From Solidesulfovibrio sp. (GTDB lineage: Bacteria; Desulfobacterota; Desulfovibrionia; Desulfovibrionales; Desulfovibrionaceae): DNA of 64,000 nt. Positions 55,543 to 64,000 of the stretch are shown in pieces. Location of the stretch: assembly GCF_038562415.1 (NCBI RefSeq), contig NZ_JBCFBA010000027.1:1847-65846 (forward strand). Direction: 5' to 3'. The notes beneath the pieces were generated by a model that was given only the letters and a program-made list of their open reading frames with translations, was not told the DNA's origin and ran no database searches. The position numbers and the translations under genes are program-made. Each line of letters begins with the position of its first letter. Within the stretch, counting starts at the first letter, position 1.

Positions 55543-56310
55543 TCAATCGGGCAGGCTTAAAATCCGAGGACCGTTTCTGGTCACAGCCACCGTATGCTCG
55601 AAATGCGCGGACAGGCTGCGGTCCTTGGTCACGGCGGTCCAGTTGTCGGACAGGACCTCGACATCGGGCCCGCCGGCCGTCACCATGGGTTCGATGGCCA
55701 GCACCATCCCGGGCATGAGCGGGACGCGGGGGACTCCCCTGGGCTCGAAATTCGGAATCTCGGGCTTTTCGTGGAGCTTTCGCCCTATGCCGTGACCAAC
55801 AAACCGTCTTACAACACTCAGGCCATGTCCTTCAACATATTTTTGCACGGCCCGCGAAATATCGTACAAATCATTTCCGGCCACCGCCTGTTCGATGCCC
55901 TTGGCCAGCGAATCCCGCGTCACGTCCAAAAGCGCCGTACTGGCCGCGTCCACCTCCCCCACCGAGGCGGTGGTGGCCGCGTCGCCGTAAAAGCCGTCGT
56001 AGACCACGCCCATGTCGAAGCTGACCAGGTCGCCCTCGACCAGGACGCGATCCGACGGAAACCCGTGCACCACTTCCTCGTTGACCGAGCAGCACAAGGC
56101 GAAGGGAAACCCGTACATGCCCAGAAAGGCCGGCTTCACCTTGAAATCGTCGCATCGCTTGCGGGCGATTTCCTCAAAGAGCATCGTCTTGACACCCGGT
56201 CGCACCGCTTCCCGCAATTCGCCCAGGATGATGGCCACGATACGGCAGGCCTGGCGCATGGAAGCGATTTCGAGGTCGTTTTTGAGGTAGATCCCCCTGA
56301 CCTTTTTCAA
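55543..56310 (-). CDS. map: Methionine aminopeptidase type I
   Basis: [28 protein letters not shown]. Confidence 0.97.
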   Translation of the reverse strand: MKKVRGIYLKNDLEIASMRQACRIVAIILGELREAVRPGVKTMLFEEIARKRCDDFKVKPAFLGMYGFPFALCCSVNEEVVHGFPSDRVLVEGDLVSFDMGVVYDGFYGDAATTASVGEVDAASTALLDVTRDSLAKGIEQAVAGNDLYDISRAVQKYVEGHGLSVVRRFVGHGIGRKLHEKPEIPNFEPRGVPRVPLMPGMVLAIEPMVTAGGPDVEVLSDNWTAVTKDRSLSAHFEHTVAVTRNGPRILSLPD

Positions 56311-56313
56311 TTT

Positions 56314-57627
56314 CTACTGCCTGCCCTTGATTCTCCCCTTCTGCATGAGGCCCTCATACTGCCGGGAGATCAGATAGGACTCGATCTGCGACATGAAGTC
56401 CATGGCCACGCCGACCACGATCAAAAGCGACGTGCCGCCGAAATAAAAAGGCACGTTGAACTGCTGGATCAGCACCATGGGCAGCACGCAGACAAGCGAG
56501 ATGTACATCGACCCCCACAGCGTGATACGCGCCAGGACCTTGTCGATGTATTCCTTGGTCTTGAGCCCGGGCCGGATGCCGGGAATGAACCCGCCCTGCT
56601 TGCGGATGTTCTCGGCGATATCGGCCGGGTCGAAGATGATGGCCGTATAGAAATAGCAGAAGAAGACGATCAACGCCACGAAGATGACGTTGTAGGTCAT
56701 GGTCTGCGGACTGAATAAGCCGGCCACGGTCTTGAGCCATGGCACGCTGGAGAATTCGCCCAGGGTCGCCGGGAAAAGCAGGATCGACGAGGCGAAAATG
56801 GGCGGAATGACGCCGGCCGTGTTGACCCGAAGCGGCAAATGGGTCGTCTGGCCGCCGTACATTTTGCGCCCGACCATGCGCTTGGCGTACTGGATGGGGA
56901 TGCGCCGCTGGCCGCGCTCCATGAAGACGATGGCCACCAGGACCGCCAGCATCAGGGCCACGATGAGCAGCAGCACGAAAAGCGACAGTTCACCGGCCTT
57001 GATGAGGTCGAGGGTGGACAGCACCGCCCGGGGCAGCCCGGCCACGATACCGGCGTAGATGATCATGGAGATGCCGTTGCCGATGCCCTTTTCGGTCATC
57101 TGCTCGCCGAGCCACATCAGAAAGACGGTGCCGGCGGTCAGCGTCACAATGGTCATGAGCCGAAAGCCCCAGCCCGCCGCCAGCACCACCGGCGCGCCCG
57201 TGGGGCTGGCCATGCTCTCCAGGCCCACGGCGATGCCGAAGCCCTGGATGATGGTGATGAGCACCGTGCCGTAGCGCGTGTACTGGGTGATCTTCTTGCG
57301 TCCGGCCGCCCCCTCTTCCTTTTGCATCTTGGCCAGCTCGGGGCTGACCACGGTCAGCAGCTGGATGATGATGGAGGCGGAGATGTAGGGCATGATCCCC
57401 AAGGCGAAGATGGAAAGGTTGCGCAGCCCTCCGCCGGAGAACATGTCGAACAGGCCAAAGAGGGTGTTCTTGGCGCTTTCGAAAAAGTCCGCCAGGGCGG
57501 CCGAATCCACGCCAGGCACGGGCACATGCACACCGATGCGGTAGACGGCCACCAAAACGAAGGTCCACAGGAGCTTTTTTTTCAGCTCCGGCAGACGGGC
57601 CAGGTTTTCGACTCCGGTAAGGGCCAC
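56314..57627 (-). CDS. secY: Preprotein translocase subunit SecY
   Basis: SIFALGIMPYISASII, GIGNGIS, GFIPGIRPG. Confidence 0.98.
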   Translation of the reverse strand: MALTGVENLARLPELKKKLLWTFVLVAVYRIGVHVPVPGVDSAALADFFESAKNTLFGLFDMFSGGGLRNLSIFALGIMPYISASIIIQLLTVVSPELAKMQKEEGAAGRKKITQYTRYGTVLITIIQGFGIAVGLESMASPTGAPVVLAAGWGFRLMTIVTLTAGTVFLMWLGEQMTEKGIGNGISMIIYAGIVAGLPRAVLSTLDLIKAGELSLFVLLLIVALMLAVLVAIVFMERGQRRIPIQYAKRMVGRKMYGGQTTHLPLRVNTAGVIPPIFASSILLFPATLGEFSSVPWLKTVAGLFSPQTMTYNVIFVALIVFFCYFYTAIIFDPADIAENIRKQGGFIPGIRPGLKTKEYIDKVLARITLWGSMYISLVCVLPMVLIQQFNVPFYFGGTSLLIVVGVAMDFMSQIESYLISRQYEGLMQKGRIKGRQ

Positions 57628-57639
57628 GGCAACTTCCGT

Positions 57640-58119
57640 TTATTCGCTAGGGGTTTCGGCTTCTTCGGTGGCGACCCCGAGGGTCACGACCTTGCCGCCG
57701 GCATTGGTGATTTTCTCGGCGGCCTTGGCGCTGAAGCGGTGGGCTTCGACGGTGATGGCGGTCGAGATCTCGCCCTGGCTCAGGATCTTCACCAGCGCCC
57801 CGGGCAGGGCCAGGCCGCGCGCGTAGATGTCGTCCAGGCTGATGGACGCCTGGCCCTCGAAGGCGGCCAGCAGTCGCTCGATATTGAGCGGCTGGTAGAC
57901 GACCTTGAACTTGAAGTTCTTGAAACCACGCTTGGGCAGGCGGCGGGCCAAGGGCATCTGGCCGCCCTCGAACCAGGGGCGCTCGGACACGCCGGCCCGG
58001 GCGTTCTGGCCCTTGTTCCCCTTGCCGGCGGTGCAGCCCTGCCCGGTGGCGCGGCCGCGGCCGAGGCGCTTGCGGTTCTGGCGTTCCTCGGGGAAAGGAT
58101 AGAGTTCGTGCAGCTTCAT
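57640..58119 (-). CDS. rplO: 50S ribosomal protein L15
   Basis: GRGRATGQG, FEGGQMPLARRLPKRGF. Confidence 0.98.
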   Translation of the reverse strand: MKLHELYPFPEERQNRKRLGRGRATGQGCTAGKGNKGQNARAGVSERPWFEGGQMPLARRLPKRGFKNFKFKVVYQPLNIERLLAAFEGQASISLDDIYARGLALPGALVKILSQGEISTAITVEAHRFSAKAAEKITNAGGKVVTLGVATEEAETPSE

Positions 58120-58295
58120 GACTCGGTCACCTCAACAAGGTGCTGGACCTTGGCGATCATGCCGACAACGGTGTCGCTTTTATCGAAGGAGCGCGCCTGC
58201 CGGATTTTCTTGAGCCCCAGGGCGGCCAGGGTGGCGCGCTGCTTGGGCGTATTGCCGAAACGGCTCCTCACCAGGGTCACGGTAATGGTTGCCAT
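58116..58295 (-). CDS. rpmD: 50S ribosomal protein L30, 59 aa
   Basis: Hand translation MATITVTLVRSRFGNTPKQRATLAALGLKKIRQ...KVQHLVEVTES. Confidence 0.95.
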   Translation of the reverse strand: MATITVTLVRSRFGNTPKQRATLAALGLKKIRQARSFDKSDTVVGMIAKVQHLVEVTES

Positions 58296-58306
58296 GGCGG
58301 AATTCC

Positions 58307-58801
58307 TTATTTGCGCGGGGTGGCCAGGGCCTTGCCGCGCATGGCGCCGACGGAATCGGCGCTGCGAAGCGAAGCCAGGCCTTCCATGGTGGCGCGCAGG
58401 ACGTTGTGCGGATTGTTGGTGCCGATGGCCTTGGTCAGGATGTCGTGGACGCCGCAGGCTTCCATGATGGCCCGCACCGGGCCGCCGGCGATGATGCCGG
58501 TTCCCTTGGAGGCGGGCTTGAGCATGACGCGGCCGGCGCCGAACTGGCCCAGGACCTCGTAAGGCAGGGTGCCGTCCAGTAGCGGAATGCGGATCATGCC
58601 CTTGCGCGCCTGCTCGGTGGCCTTGCGGATGGCTTCCGGGACTTCGTTGGCCTTGCCCAGGCCGTAGCCCACGGAGCCCTTGCCGTCGCCGACGACCACC
58701 AGGGCGGAGAAGCTGAAGCGCCGGCCGCCCTTGACGACCTTGGCCACGCGGTTGAGGTAGACGATCTTTTCGATCTGTCCCAGGTCGGACTGCTGGTCCA
58801 T
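58307..58801 (-). CDS. rpsE: 30S ribosomal protein S5
   Basis: [15 protein letters not shown]. Confidence 0.98.
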   Translation of the reverse strand: MDQQSDLGQIEKIVYLNRVAKVVKGGRRFSFSALVVVGDGKGSVGYGLGKANEVPEAIRKATEQARKGMIRIPLLDGTLPYEVLGQFGAGRVMLKPASKGTGIIAGGPVRAIMEACGVHDILTKAIGTNNPHNVLRATMEGLASLRSADSVGAMRGKALATPRK

Positions 58802-58823
58802 GCCATCTTCCTTGACGCGCTTA

Positions 58824-59183
58824 TTAGAATTTGAGGCCGCCATCCCGCGCTCCGTCGGCCAGGGCTTTGATCCGGCCGTGATAGATGTAGCCGTTGCGGT
58901 CGAAAACCACGGCTTCGATATTGCGTTCCAGGGCCTTTTGGGCCAGGTCCTTGCCCACCTTGGCAGCGGCTTCCTTGTCGGCCTTGAGGGCCTCGCCGGC
59001 CTTGCCCAGGGTCAGGCTGGAGGAGGACACCAGCGTCTGCCCGGTCAGGTCGTCGATCACCTGGGCGTAGATATGCCGGTTGGACCGGAACACGACCAGG
59101 CGGGGCCGCTCGGCAGTGCCGGCCAGCTTCTTGCGGATGCGGACTTTCCGGCGCGCGCGCGCCAGGGTCTTGGTCATCTTCAT
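58824..59183 (-). CDS. rplR: 50S ribosomal protein L18
   Basis: [29 protein letters not shown]. Confidence 0.98.
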   Translation of the reverse strand: MKMTKTLARARRKVRIRKKLAGTAERPRLVVFRSNRHIYAQVIDDLTGQTLVSSSSLTLGKAGEALKADKEAAAKVGKDLAQKALERNIEAVVFDRNGYIYHGRIKALADGARDGGLKF

Positions 59184-59192
59184 GGTGCGGTC

Positions 59193-59732
59193 CTATTTCT
59201 TGCCGCCGGACTTACCGGCCTTGCGGCGAATGATTTCGTTGTCGTACTTGATGCCCTTGCCCTTGAACGGCTCGGGCGGACGCACGCGGCGGATGCGGGC
59301 GGCGGTCTCGCCCAGGAGCACCTTGTCGATGCCCGTCAGCGTGAGCTTGTTGCCCTCGACCTTGGCCTCGATGCCGTCCGGCAGCTTGAAGTCCACCGGG
59401 TGGGAGTAGCCCACGGCCAGGGTCACGGAACCGGGGGCGGCCGAGACCTTGTAGCCCACGCCGATGACTTCCAGCGTTTTGGTGAAGCCCTTGCTCACCC
59501 CCTCGACCAGGTTGGCCAGAAGGGTGCGGCGCAGGCCGTGCTGGGCACGGGCCAGGCGCGTGTCGTCCACGCGGGAGACCTGTATGGTGTTGCCCTCGAC
59601 CGCGTACACGATCTTGGGATGGGTGGGCGTGGACAGCTGGCCCTTGGGGCCAACGACCGTCACCGCCTCGGGAGCCACCTCCACGGACACGCCGGAGGGA
59701 AGCTCGATTTCGCGTTTGCCTATCCTGGACAT
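59193..59732 (-). CDS. rplF: 50S ribosomal protein L6
   Basis: MSRIGKR, RPPEPFKGKGI. Confidence 0.98.
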   Translation of the reverse strand: MSRIGKREIELPSGVSVEVAPEAVTVVGPKGQLSTPTHPKIVYAVEGNTIQVSRVDDTRLARAQHGLRRTLLANLVEGVSKGFTKTLEVIGVGYKVSAAPGSVTLAVGYSHPVDFKLPDGIEAKVEGNKLTLTGIDKVLLGETAARIRRVRPPEPFKGKGIKYDNEIIRRKAGKSGGKK

Positions 59733-59757
59733 GACATCTTCTCCGCGACGTGTCTTA

Positions 59758-60141
59758 CTACCAGATTTCGCACAACAGCTCGCCGCCGACGCCAAGCTCC
59801 CGGGCCTTGCCGCCTTCGAGGATACCCCGCGAAGTGGACAGGATGCTGATGCCCAGGCCGTTTTGGACCTTGGGAATGGCCGCGGCGCCGACGTAGACGC
59901 GGCGACCGGGCTTGCTCACCCGCTTGAGTCCCGAGATGATCGGTTTGCCGCCCTGGTACTTCAGGGTAATGGACAAGGAGGCTTCGGCCACGGAAAAATC
60001 CGTGATGTAGCCTTCCTCCTTGAGGATGGCGGCAAGGGAGGCTTTGAGTTGCGAGGCCGGGATGGCCAAATCCGCGTGCAAGGCCCGGTGGGCGTTGCGG
60101 ATGCGGGTCAGCATATCGGAAATGGGGTCGGTCACCGACAT
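59758..60141 (-). CDS. rpsH: 30S ribosomal protein S8
   Basis: DPISDMLTRIRN, SKPGRRVY. Confidence 0.98.
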   Translation of the reverse strand: MSVTDPISDMLTRIRNAHRALHADLAIPASQLKASLAAILKEEGYITDFSVAEASLSITLKYQGGKPIISGLKRVSKPGRRVYVGAAAIPKVQNGLGISILSTSRGILEGGKARELGVGGELLCEIW

Positions 60142-60159
60142 GGTTTCCTTCTCCTTAAG

Positions 60160-60345
60160 CTACCAGCTCGACTTGCGCACGCCGGGCATTTCGCCGGTCA
60201 GCGACATGTTACGGAAGCAAATGCGGCAGACGCCGAACTTGCGCAGATACGCCCTGGGACGACCGCAGATGGGGCAGCGGTTATAGGCTCTGGTGGAAAA
60301 CTTGGGCTTGCGGCTGGCTTTCACCATCAAAGATTTGCGGGCCAC
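60160..60345 (-). CDS. rpsN: 30S ribosomal protein S14 (type Z, Zn-binding)
   Basis: RCPICGR...CRICFR, 61 aa. Confidence 0.97.
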
Positions 60346-60356
60346 GACCGTTCTCC

Positions 60357-60896
60357 TTACTTTTTAAACGGCATGCCGAGGAGGTCGAGAAACATCTTGC
60401 CTTCCTTGTCGGAGCGAGCCGTGGTGACGATGGTGACGTTCATGCCCTTGACGTGTTCGACGCGATCCACGTTGATTTCCGGGAAGATCGTGTGCTCCCG
60501 GACGCCGAGGGTGAAATTGCCGCGGCCGTCGAACCCGCGATCAGGCACGCCGCGAAAGTCGCGAACCCGAGGCAGGGCGAAATTCATCAGTTTGTCGAGG
60601 TAGTCCCACATCCGGTCGTGGCGTAGCGTGACACGGCAACCCACCGGCATGCCCTCCCGGAGCTTGAACGCCGCGATGGACTTGCGGGCGCGGGTCACCA
60701 CGGCCTTCTGTCCGGAGATGGCGGTCAGCTCGACCACGGCTTCCTCGATGAGCTTGTTGTTGTTGCTCGCCTCGCCCAAGCCCATGTTGAGCGAAATGAA
60801 GGAAAGCCGGGGGATTTGCATGCTGGAGGTGTACCCGAACGCCTTCTTCAGTTCCGGGGCTACCTTCTCGGCATAGATTTGTTCCAGGCGGGTCAT
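60357..60896 (-). CDS. rplE: 50S ribosomal protein L5
   Basis: [25 protein letters not shown]. Confidence 0.98.
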   Translation of the reverse strand: MTRLEQIYAEKVAPELKKAFGYTSSMQIPRLSFISLNMGLGEASNNNKLIEEAVVELTAISGQKAVVTRARKSIAAFKLREGMPVGCRVTLRHDRMWDYLDKLMNFALPRVRDFRGVPDRGFDGRGNFTLGVREHTIFPEINVDRVEHVKGMNVTIVTTARSDKEGKMFLDLLGMPFKK

Positions 60897-60913
60897 ACCG
60901 TTTCCTTTTCTCC

Positions 60914-61237
60914 TCACGCGATTTCGTGGTTGCACTTCTTGCAGAAGCGCACCTTCTTGCCGTCACCGGTTTCCTTGTAGCCGACCTTGGTCGGCTTGGC
61001 GCAGGCGTCGCACAAAAGCGAGACGTTGGAAATGTCCAACGGCGCTTCCTTCTCGACGATGCCGCCGGGAATCTTGGCGTAGGGATTGGCCTTGGTGTGG
61101 CGCTTGACCAGGTTCACCTTTTCCACCAGCACGGCGTTTTTCTTGGGCAGGATCTTGAGCACCTTGCCCACCTTGCCCTTGTCCTTGCCGGCGGTGACCA
61201 TCACCTTGTCGTTTTTGCGAATCCGATACGTTTTCAT
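60914..61237 (-). CDS. rplX: 50S ribosomal protein L24
   Basis: [11 protein letters not shown] motif, EAPLDISNV. Confidence 0.97.
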   Translation of the reverse strand: MKTYRIRKNDKVMVTAGKDKGKVGKVLKILPKKNAVLVEKVNLVKRHTKANPYAKIPGGIVEKEAPLDISNVSLLCDACAKPTKVGYKETGDGKKVRFCKKCNHEIA

Positions 61238-61265
61238 GGCTTCCTCGATGTCGCGGCCGGTTGCC

Positions 61266-61634
61266 CTAGAGGACCTCGGGGGCCAGGGACACGATTTTCA
61301 TGAAGTTTTTCTGGCGCAGCTCGCGGGCGACCGGTCCGAAGATGCGGGTGCCCACCGGTTCGAGCTGGGCCGACAGCAATACGGCCGAATTGGAGTCGAA
61401 CTTGATGTAGGAGCCGTCGGGACGGCCGACTTCCTTTTTGGTGCGCACCACCACGGCCTTCATCACCGCGCCCTTTTTCACCTTGGAATTGGGCAGGGCG
61501 TCTTTGACCGACACGACGATGATGTCGCCCACCGAGGCGTAGCGGCGGCGGGAGCCGCCGAGCACCTTGATGCAGCTGACCTTCTTCGCGCCGGAATTGT
61601 CCGCCACGTCGAGCTGGGTTTCTACCTGGATCAT
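61266..61634 (-). CDS. rplN: 50S ribosomal protein L14
   Basis: [20 protein letters not shown]. Confidence 0.98.
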   Translation of the reverse strand: MIQVETQLDVADNSGAKKVSCIKVLGGSRRRYASVGDIIVVSVKDALPNSKVKKGAVMKAVVVRTKKEVGRPDGSYIKFDSNSAVLLSAQLEPVGTRIFGPVARELRQKNFMKIVSLAPEVL

Positions 61635-61644
61635 GACCTCGCTC

Positions 61645-61905
61645 CTAGACCGCTTTTTCCATGATTTTCACGAGATGCCAGCGCTTGCGGGCGGACAGCG
61701 GACGGTGCTCGATGATGCTGACCGTATCGCCGACGCCGCAGTCGTTTTGCGGATCGTGGGCCATGAATTTCTTGCGGCGACGAATGTACTTCTTATACAG
61801 CGGGTGCTTGACCAGGGTCTCGACCATGACCACGATGGTCTTGTCGGCCTTGTCGGACACCACCACGCCGGTCAGTTGCCGGCGATTGCTCTTGTGCTCT
61901 TCCAT
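61645..61905 (-). CDS. rpsQ: 30S ribosomal protein S17
   Basis: [20 protein letters not shown]. Confidence 0.97.
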   Translation of the reverse strand: MEEHKSNRRQLTGVVVSDKADKTIVVMVETLVKHPLYKKYIRRRKKFMAHDPQNDCGVGDTVSIIEHRPLSARKRWHLVKIMEKAV

Positions 61906-61917
61906 GGCGAACCCCGG

Positions 61918-62112
61918 TTACGCTTGGCGCTTTTTTTCGTTTTGCACCGTCAGGATGCGGGCGATGTCCTTGCGGACCTGGCGCAGACGGTGTGTTTTTT
62001 CCAGTTGCGCCGTGGCGTGCTGGAAACGCAGCTTGAAGAGCTCCTCGCGGCTCTCGCCAAGCTTTTTGGCCAGGCCATCGACGTCAAGTTCGCGCAGTTC
62101 GGTGGTCTTCAT
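61918..62112 (-). CDS. rpmC: 50S ribosomal protein L29
   Basis: [18 protein letters not shown]. Confidence 0.97.
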   Translation of the reverse strand: MKTTELRELDVDGLAKKLGESREELFKLRFQHATAQLEKTHRLRQVRKDIARILTVQNEKKRQA

Positions 62113-62528
62113 GACGCGAAGCCCTCCTTGGCCACGATCTTGGTCTTGATCGGCAGCTTGTGCATGGCGCGGGTCAGCGCTTCCTTGGCGGTTTCCATGT
62201 CCACGCCCTTGATTTCATACAGCACGCGCCCAGGCTTGACCGCGGCGAACCAGCCGACCGGGGCGCCCTTGCCCTTGCCCTGGCGGACTTCGGCGGGCTT
62301 TTCCGTCCGGACGCGGTCCGGGAAGATGCGGATCCAGACCTTGCCGCCGCGCTTGATGTGGCGCATGATGGCGACACGGGCGGCCTCGATCTGCTGGCTG
62401 GACAGCTTGCCGTGCTCCAGGGCCTTGATGCCCACCTCGCCGAAGTCGATGGAGGCGCCCTTGGTGGCCGGACCGCGCAGGCGGCCCTTCTGCATCTTGC
62501 GGAACTTGGTTTTTTTCGGGGCCAACAT
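62109..62528 (-). CDS. rplP: 50S ribosomal protein L16
   Basis: [25 protein letters not shown]. Confidence 0.98.
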   Translation of the reverse strand: MLAPKKTKFRKMQKGRLRGPATKGASIDFGEVGIKALEHGKLSSQQIEAARVAIMRHIKRGGKVWIRIFPDRVRTEKPAEVRQGKGKGAPVGWFAAVKPGRVLYEIKGVDMETAKEALTRAMHKLPIKTKIVAKEGFAS

Positions 62529-63169
62529 TACGCTTCCACCTCGTGATCCAGAATTTCGCCTTTGAAAATCCAGACCTTCACGCCGATGACCCCGTAGGTG
62601 GTCTTGGCGATGGCGTAGCCGTAGTCGATGTCGGCGCGAAGGGTCTGCAGCGGCACGCGGCCGTCGCGGTACCATTCGGAGCGGGCGATTTCCGCCCCGG
62701 CCAGCCGGCCGGCGCAGGAGACCTTGATGCCCTCGGCCCCGAACTTGCGGGAAAGCCCGACCGTGCGCTTCATGGCCCGGCGAAAGGCCACGCGGCGCTC
62801 CAGTTGCAGGGCGATGTTCTCGGCCACCAGCTGGGAATCGATCTCGGGACGCCGGATCTCGTTGACCTCGACCGTGAACTCGCGGCCGAAGCGCTTTTTC
62901 AGGTCGCCGCGCACCTTCTCGATCTCCGTGCCCTTGCGGCCGATGACGATGCCGGGCCGGGCGGTGTGGATGATGAGGCGAATCTTGCCTCCGGCGCGCT
63001 CGATCTCGATCTTGGAAATGCCGGCGTGGTACAGGTTCTTTTTGACGAACTTGCGGATATTGTTGTCCTCGAAAACAAACGCGGGGTAATCCTTCTTGGA
63101 AAACCAGCGGGACAGCCAATTCTTGTTGTACCCGAGCCGGAACCCGTAGGGATGTACTTTCTGGCCCAT
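62528..63169 (-). CDS. rpsC: 30S ribosomal protein S3
   Basis: [26 protein letters not shown]. Confidence 0.98.
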   Translation of the reverse strand: MGQKVHPYGFRLGYNKNWLSRWFSKKDYPAFVFEDNNIRKFVKKNLYHAGISKIEIERAGGKIRLIIHTARPGIVIGRKGTEIEKVRGDLKKRFGREFTVEVNEIRRPEIDSQLVAENIALQLERRVAFRRAMKRTVGLSRKFGAEGIKVSCAGRLAGAEIARSEWYRDGRVPLQTLRADIDYGYAIAKTTYGVIGVKVWIFKGEILDHEVEA

Positions 63170-63179
63170 TGTGTCGCTC

Positions 63180-63512
63180 CTAGTTCTCGGCCACGACGAC
63201 GGTGATATGGCTCGTGCGCTTGACGATCCGGAAGGCCCGGCCCATGGAGCGCGTCATGATGCGCTTCCAGGTCGGCCCCGGATTGACGATCACCTGTTTG
63301 ACCGTGAGGTTGTCGATGTCAACGCCCGAAATCTGCTCGGCATTGGCCACGGCCGAGTGCAGCACCTTGCCGATGAGCTTGGCGGATTTTTTGGGCGTGA
63401 ACTTCAGTATGTTCATGGCTTCCTCGACCGGCCGGCCCAGGATATTGGCGGCGACGAGGCGGGCCTTTTGCGGCGACACGCGGATGAATTTGGCTCTGGC
63501 TTTGGCTTCCAT
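63180..63512 (-). CDS. rplV: 50S ribosomal protein L22
   Basis: [20 protein letters not shown]. Confidence 0.98.
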   Translation of the reverse strand: MEAKARAKFIRVSPQKARLVAANILGRPVEEAMNILKFTPKKSAKLIGKVLHSAVANAEQISGVDIDNLTVKQVIVNPGPTWKRIMTRSMGRAFRIVKRTSHITVVVAEN

Positions 63513-63542
63513 GGCTTTATCCCGACCGGGAACGACCCCCGG

Positions 63543-63824
63543 CTACTTTTTCACTTTGCTTTTCTTGTCCGCGGCATGGCCGTGGAAGGTCCGCGTGGGC
63601 GCGAACTCGCCAAGCTTGTGGCCGACCATGTTCTCGGAAACGAACACCGGGATGAACTTCTTGCCGTTGTGCACGGCGAAGGTGAGCCCCACCATCTCGG
63701 GCAGGATCATGGACCGGCGCGACCAGGTCTTGATCACGCGGCGGTCCTTGTTCTCCAGGGCGTAAGCGACCTTCTTCTCCAGGTGGCCGTCGACAAACGG
63801 ACCTTTTTTCAGCGAACGAGGCAT
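63543..63824 (-). CDS. rpsS: 30S ribosomal protein S19
   Basis: [23 protein letters not shown]. Confidence 0.98.
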   Translation of the reverse strand: MPRSLKKGPFVDGHLEKKVAYALENKDRRVIKTWSRRSMILPEMVGLTFAVHNGKKFIPVFVSENMVGHKLGEFAPTRTFHGHAADKKSKVKK

Positions 63825-63836
63825 AGGCGTTTCCCC

Positions 63837-64000
63837 TTACTTTTGTCCGCGCCGTTTGACGATGAGCTTGGACGAGGGCTTCTTCTTGTTACGGGTCTTG
63901 TAGCCCTTGGTCGGCTTGCCCCAGGGGGTGACCGGGTGGCGGCCGCCGGAGCTCTTGCCCTCGCCGCCGCCCAGGGGGTGGTCGACGGGGTTCATGGCCA
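63837..64000 (-). CDS. rplB: 50S ribosomal protein L2, 3' end (partial)
   Basis: [27 protein letters not shown]...KRRGQK stop. Confidence 0.97.
   Translation of the reverse strand, partial: AMNPVDHPLGGGEGKSSGGRHPVTPWGKPTKGYKTRNKKKPSSKLIVKRRGQK

Noticed and set aside
55371-56314. Absence of adk and infA between secY and rpmJ
   Set aside because: Lineage-level rearrangement of the spc/alpha junction is common; no scar visible.

Overview
High-GC window from a sulfate-reducing deltaproteobacterium (Desulfovibrionaceae, most like Solidesulfovibrio; inferred from the periplasmic [FeFe]-hydrogenase hydAB, homotrimeric porin, tupABC and acc gene layout). Left to right: (1) a minus-strand, apparently sigma54-driven glycan locus (GH-A TIM-barrel/GT2 fusion, ABC exporter, ICL/PEP-mutase-family lyase, second glycosyltransferase, secreted GH50-like hydrolase running off the left edge); (2) Hpt protein, PAS histidine kinase, rsmI; (3) CoA-disulfide-reductase/rhodanese enzyme, hydAB, porin; (4) a small low-GC TetR/DUF3313 islet; (5) a metal-handling block (YddA-like ABC, DUF318 permease, DUF1980 protein, CadR/CadA); (6) a FliA-type-promoter hypothetical, ssb, biotin-dependent carboxylase genes, PilZ, motAB; (7) PNP, MgtC, Mo-oxidoreductase, PqqD-like pair, ynfA; (8) amt-glnK, CBS/HPP, GNAT, TrmB, YgjV; (9) histidine kinase, mobB, tupCBA; (10) flagellin, LysR; (11) the alpha/spc/S10 ribosomal protein superoperon (rplQ back to partial rplB). 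The strongest non-routine signals are the uncharacterised glycan locus and a family of REP-like hairpin elements (head GATGCCTCCGGCGG, six full copies) that always sit at gene 3' ends in the sense orientation; in two genes the TGA in the hairpin loop is the stop codon. Start codons were corrected by hand from the ORF track, and family assignments come from motif recognition, not database searches. No CRISPR array, transposase or intact RNA gene was found.
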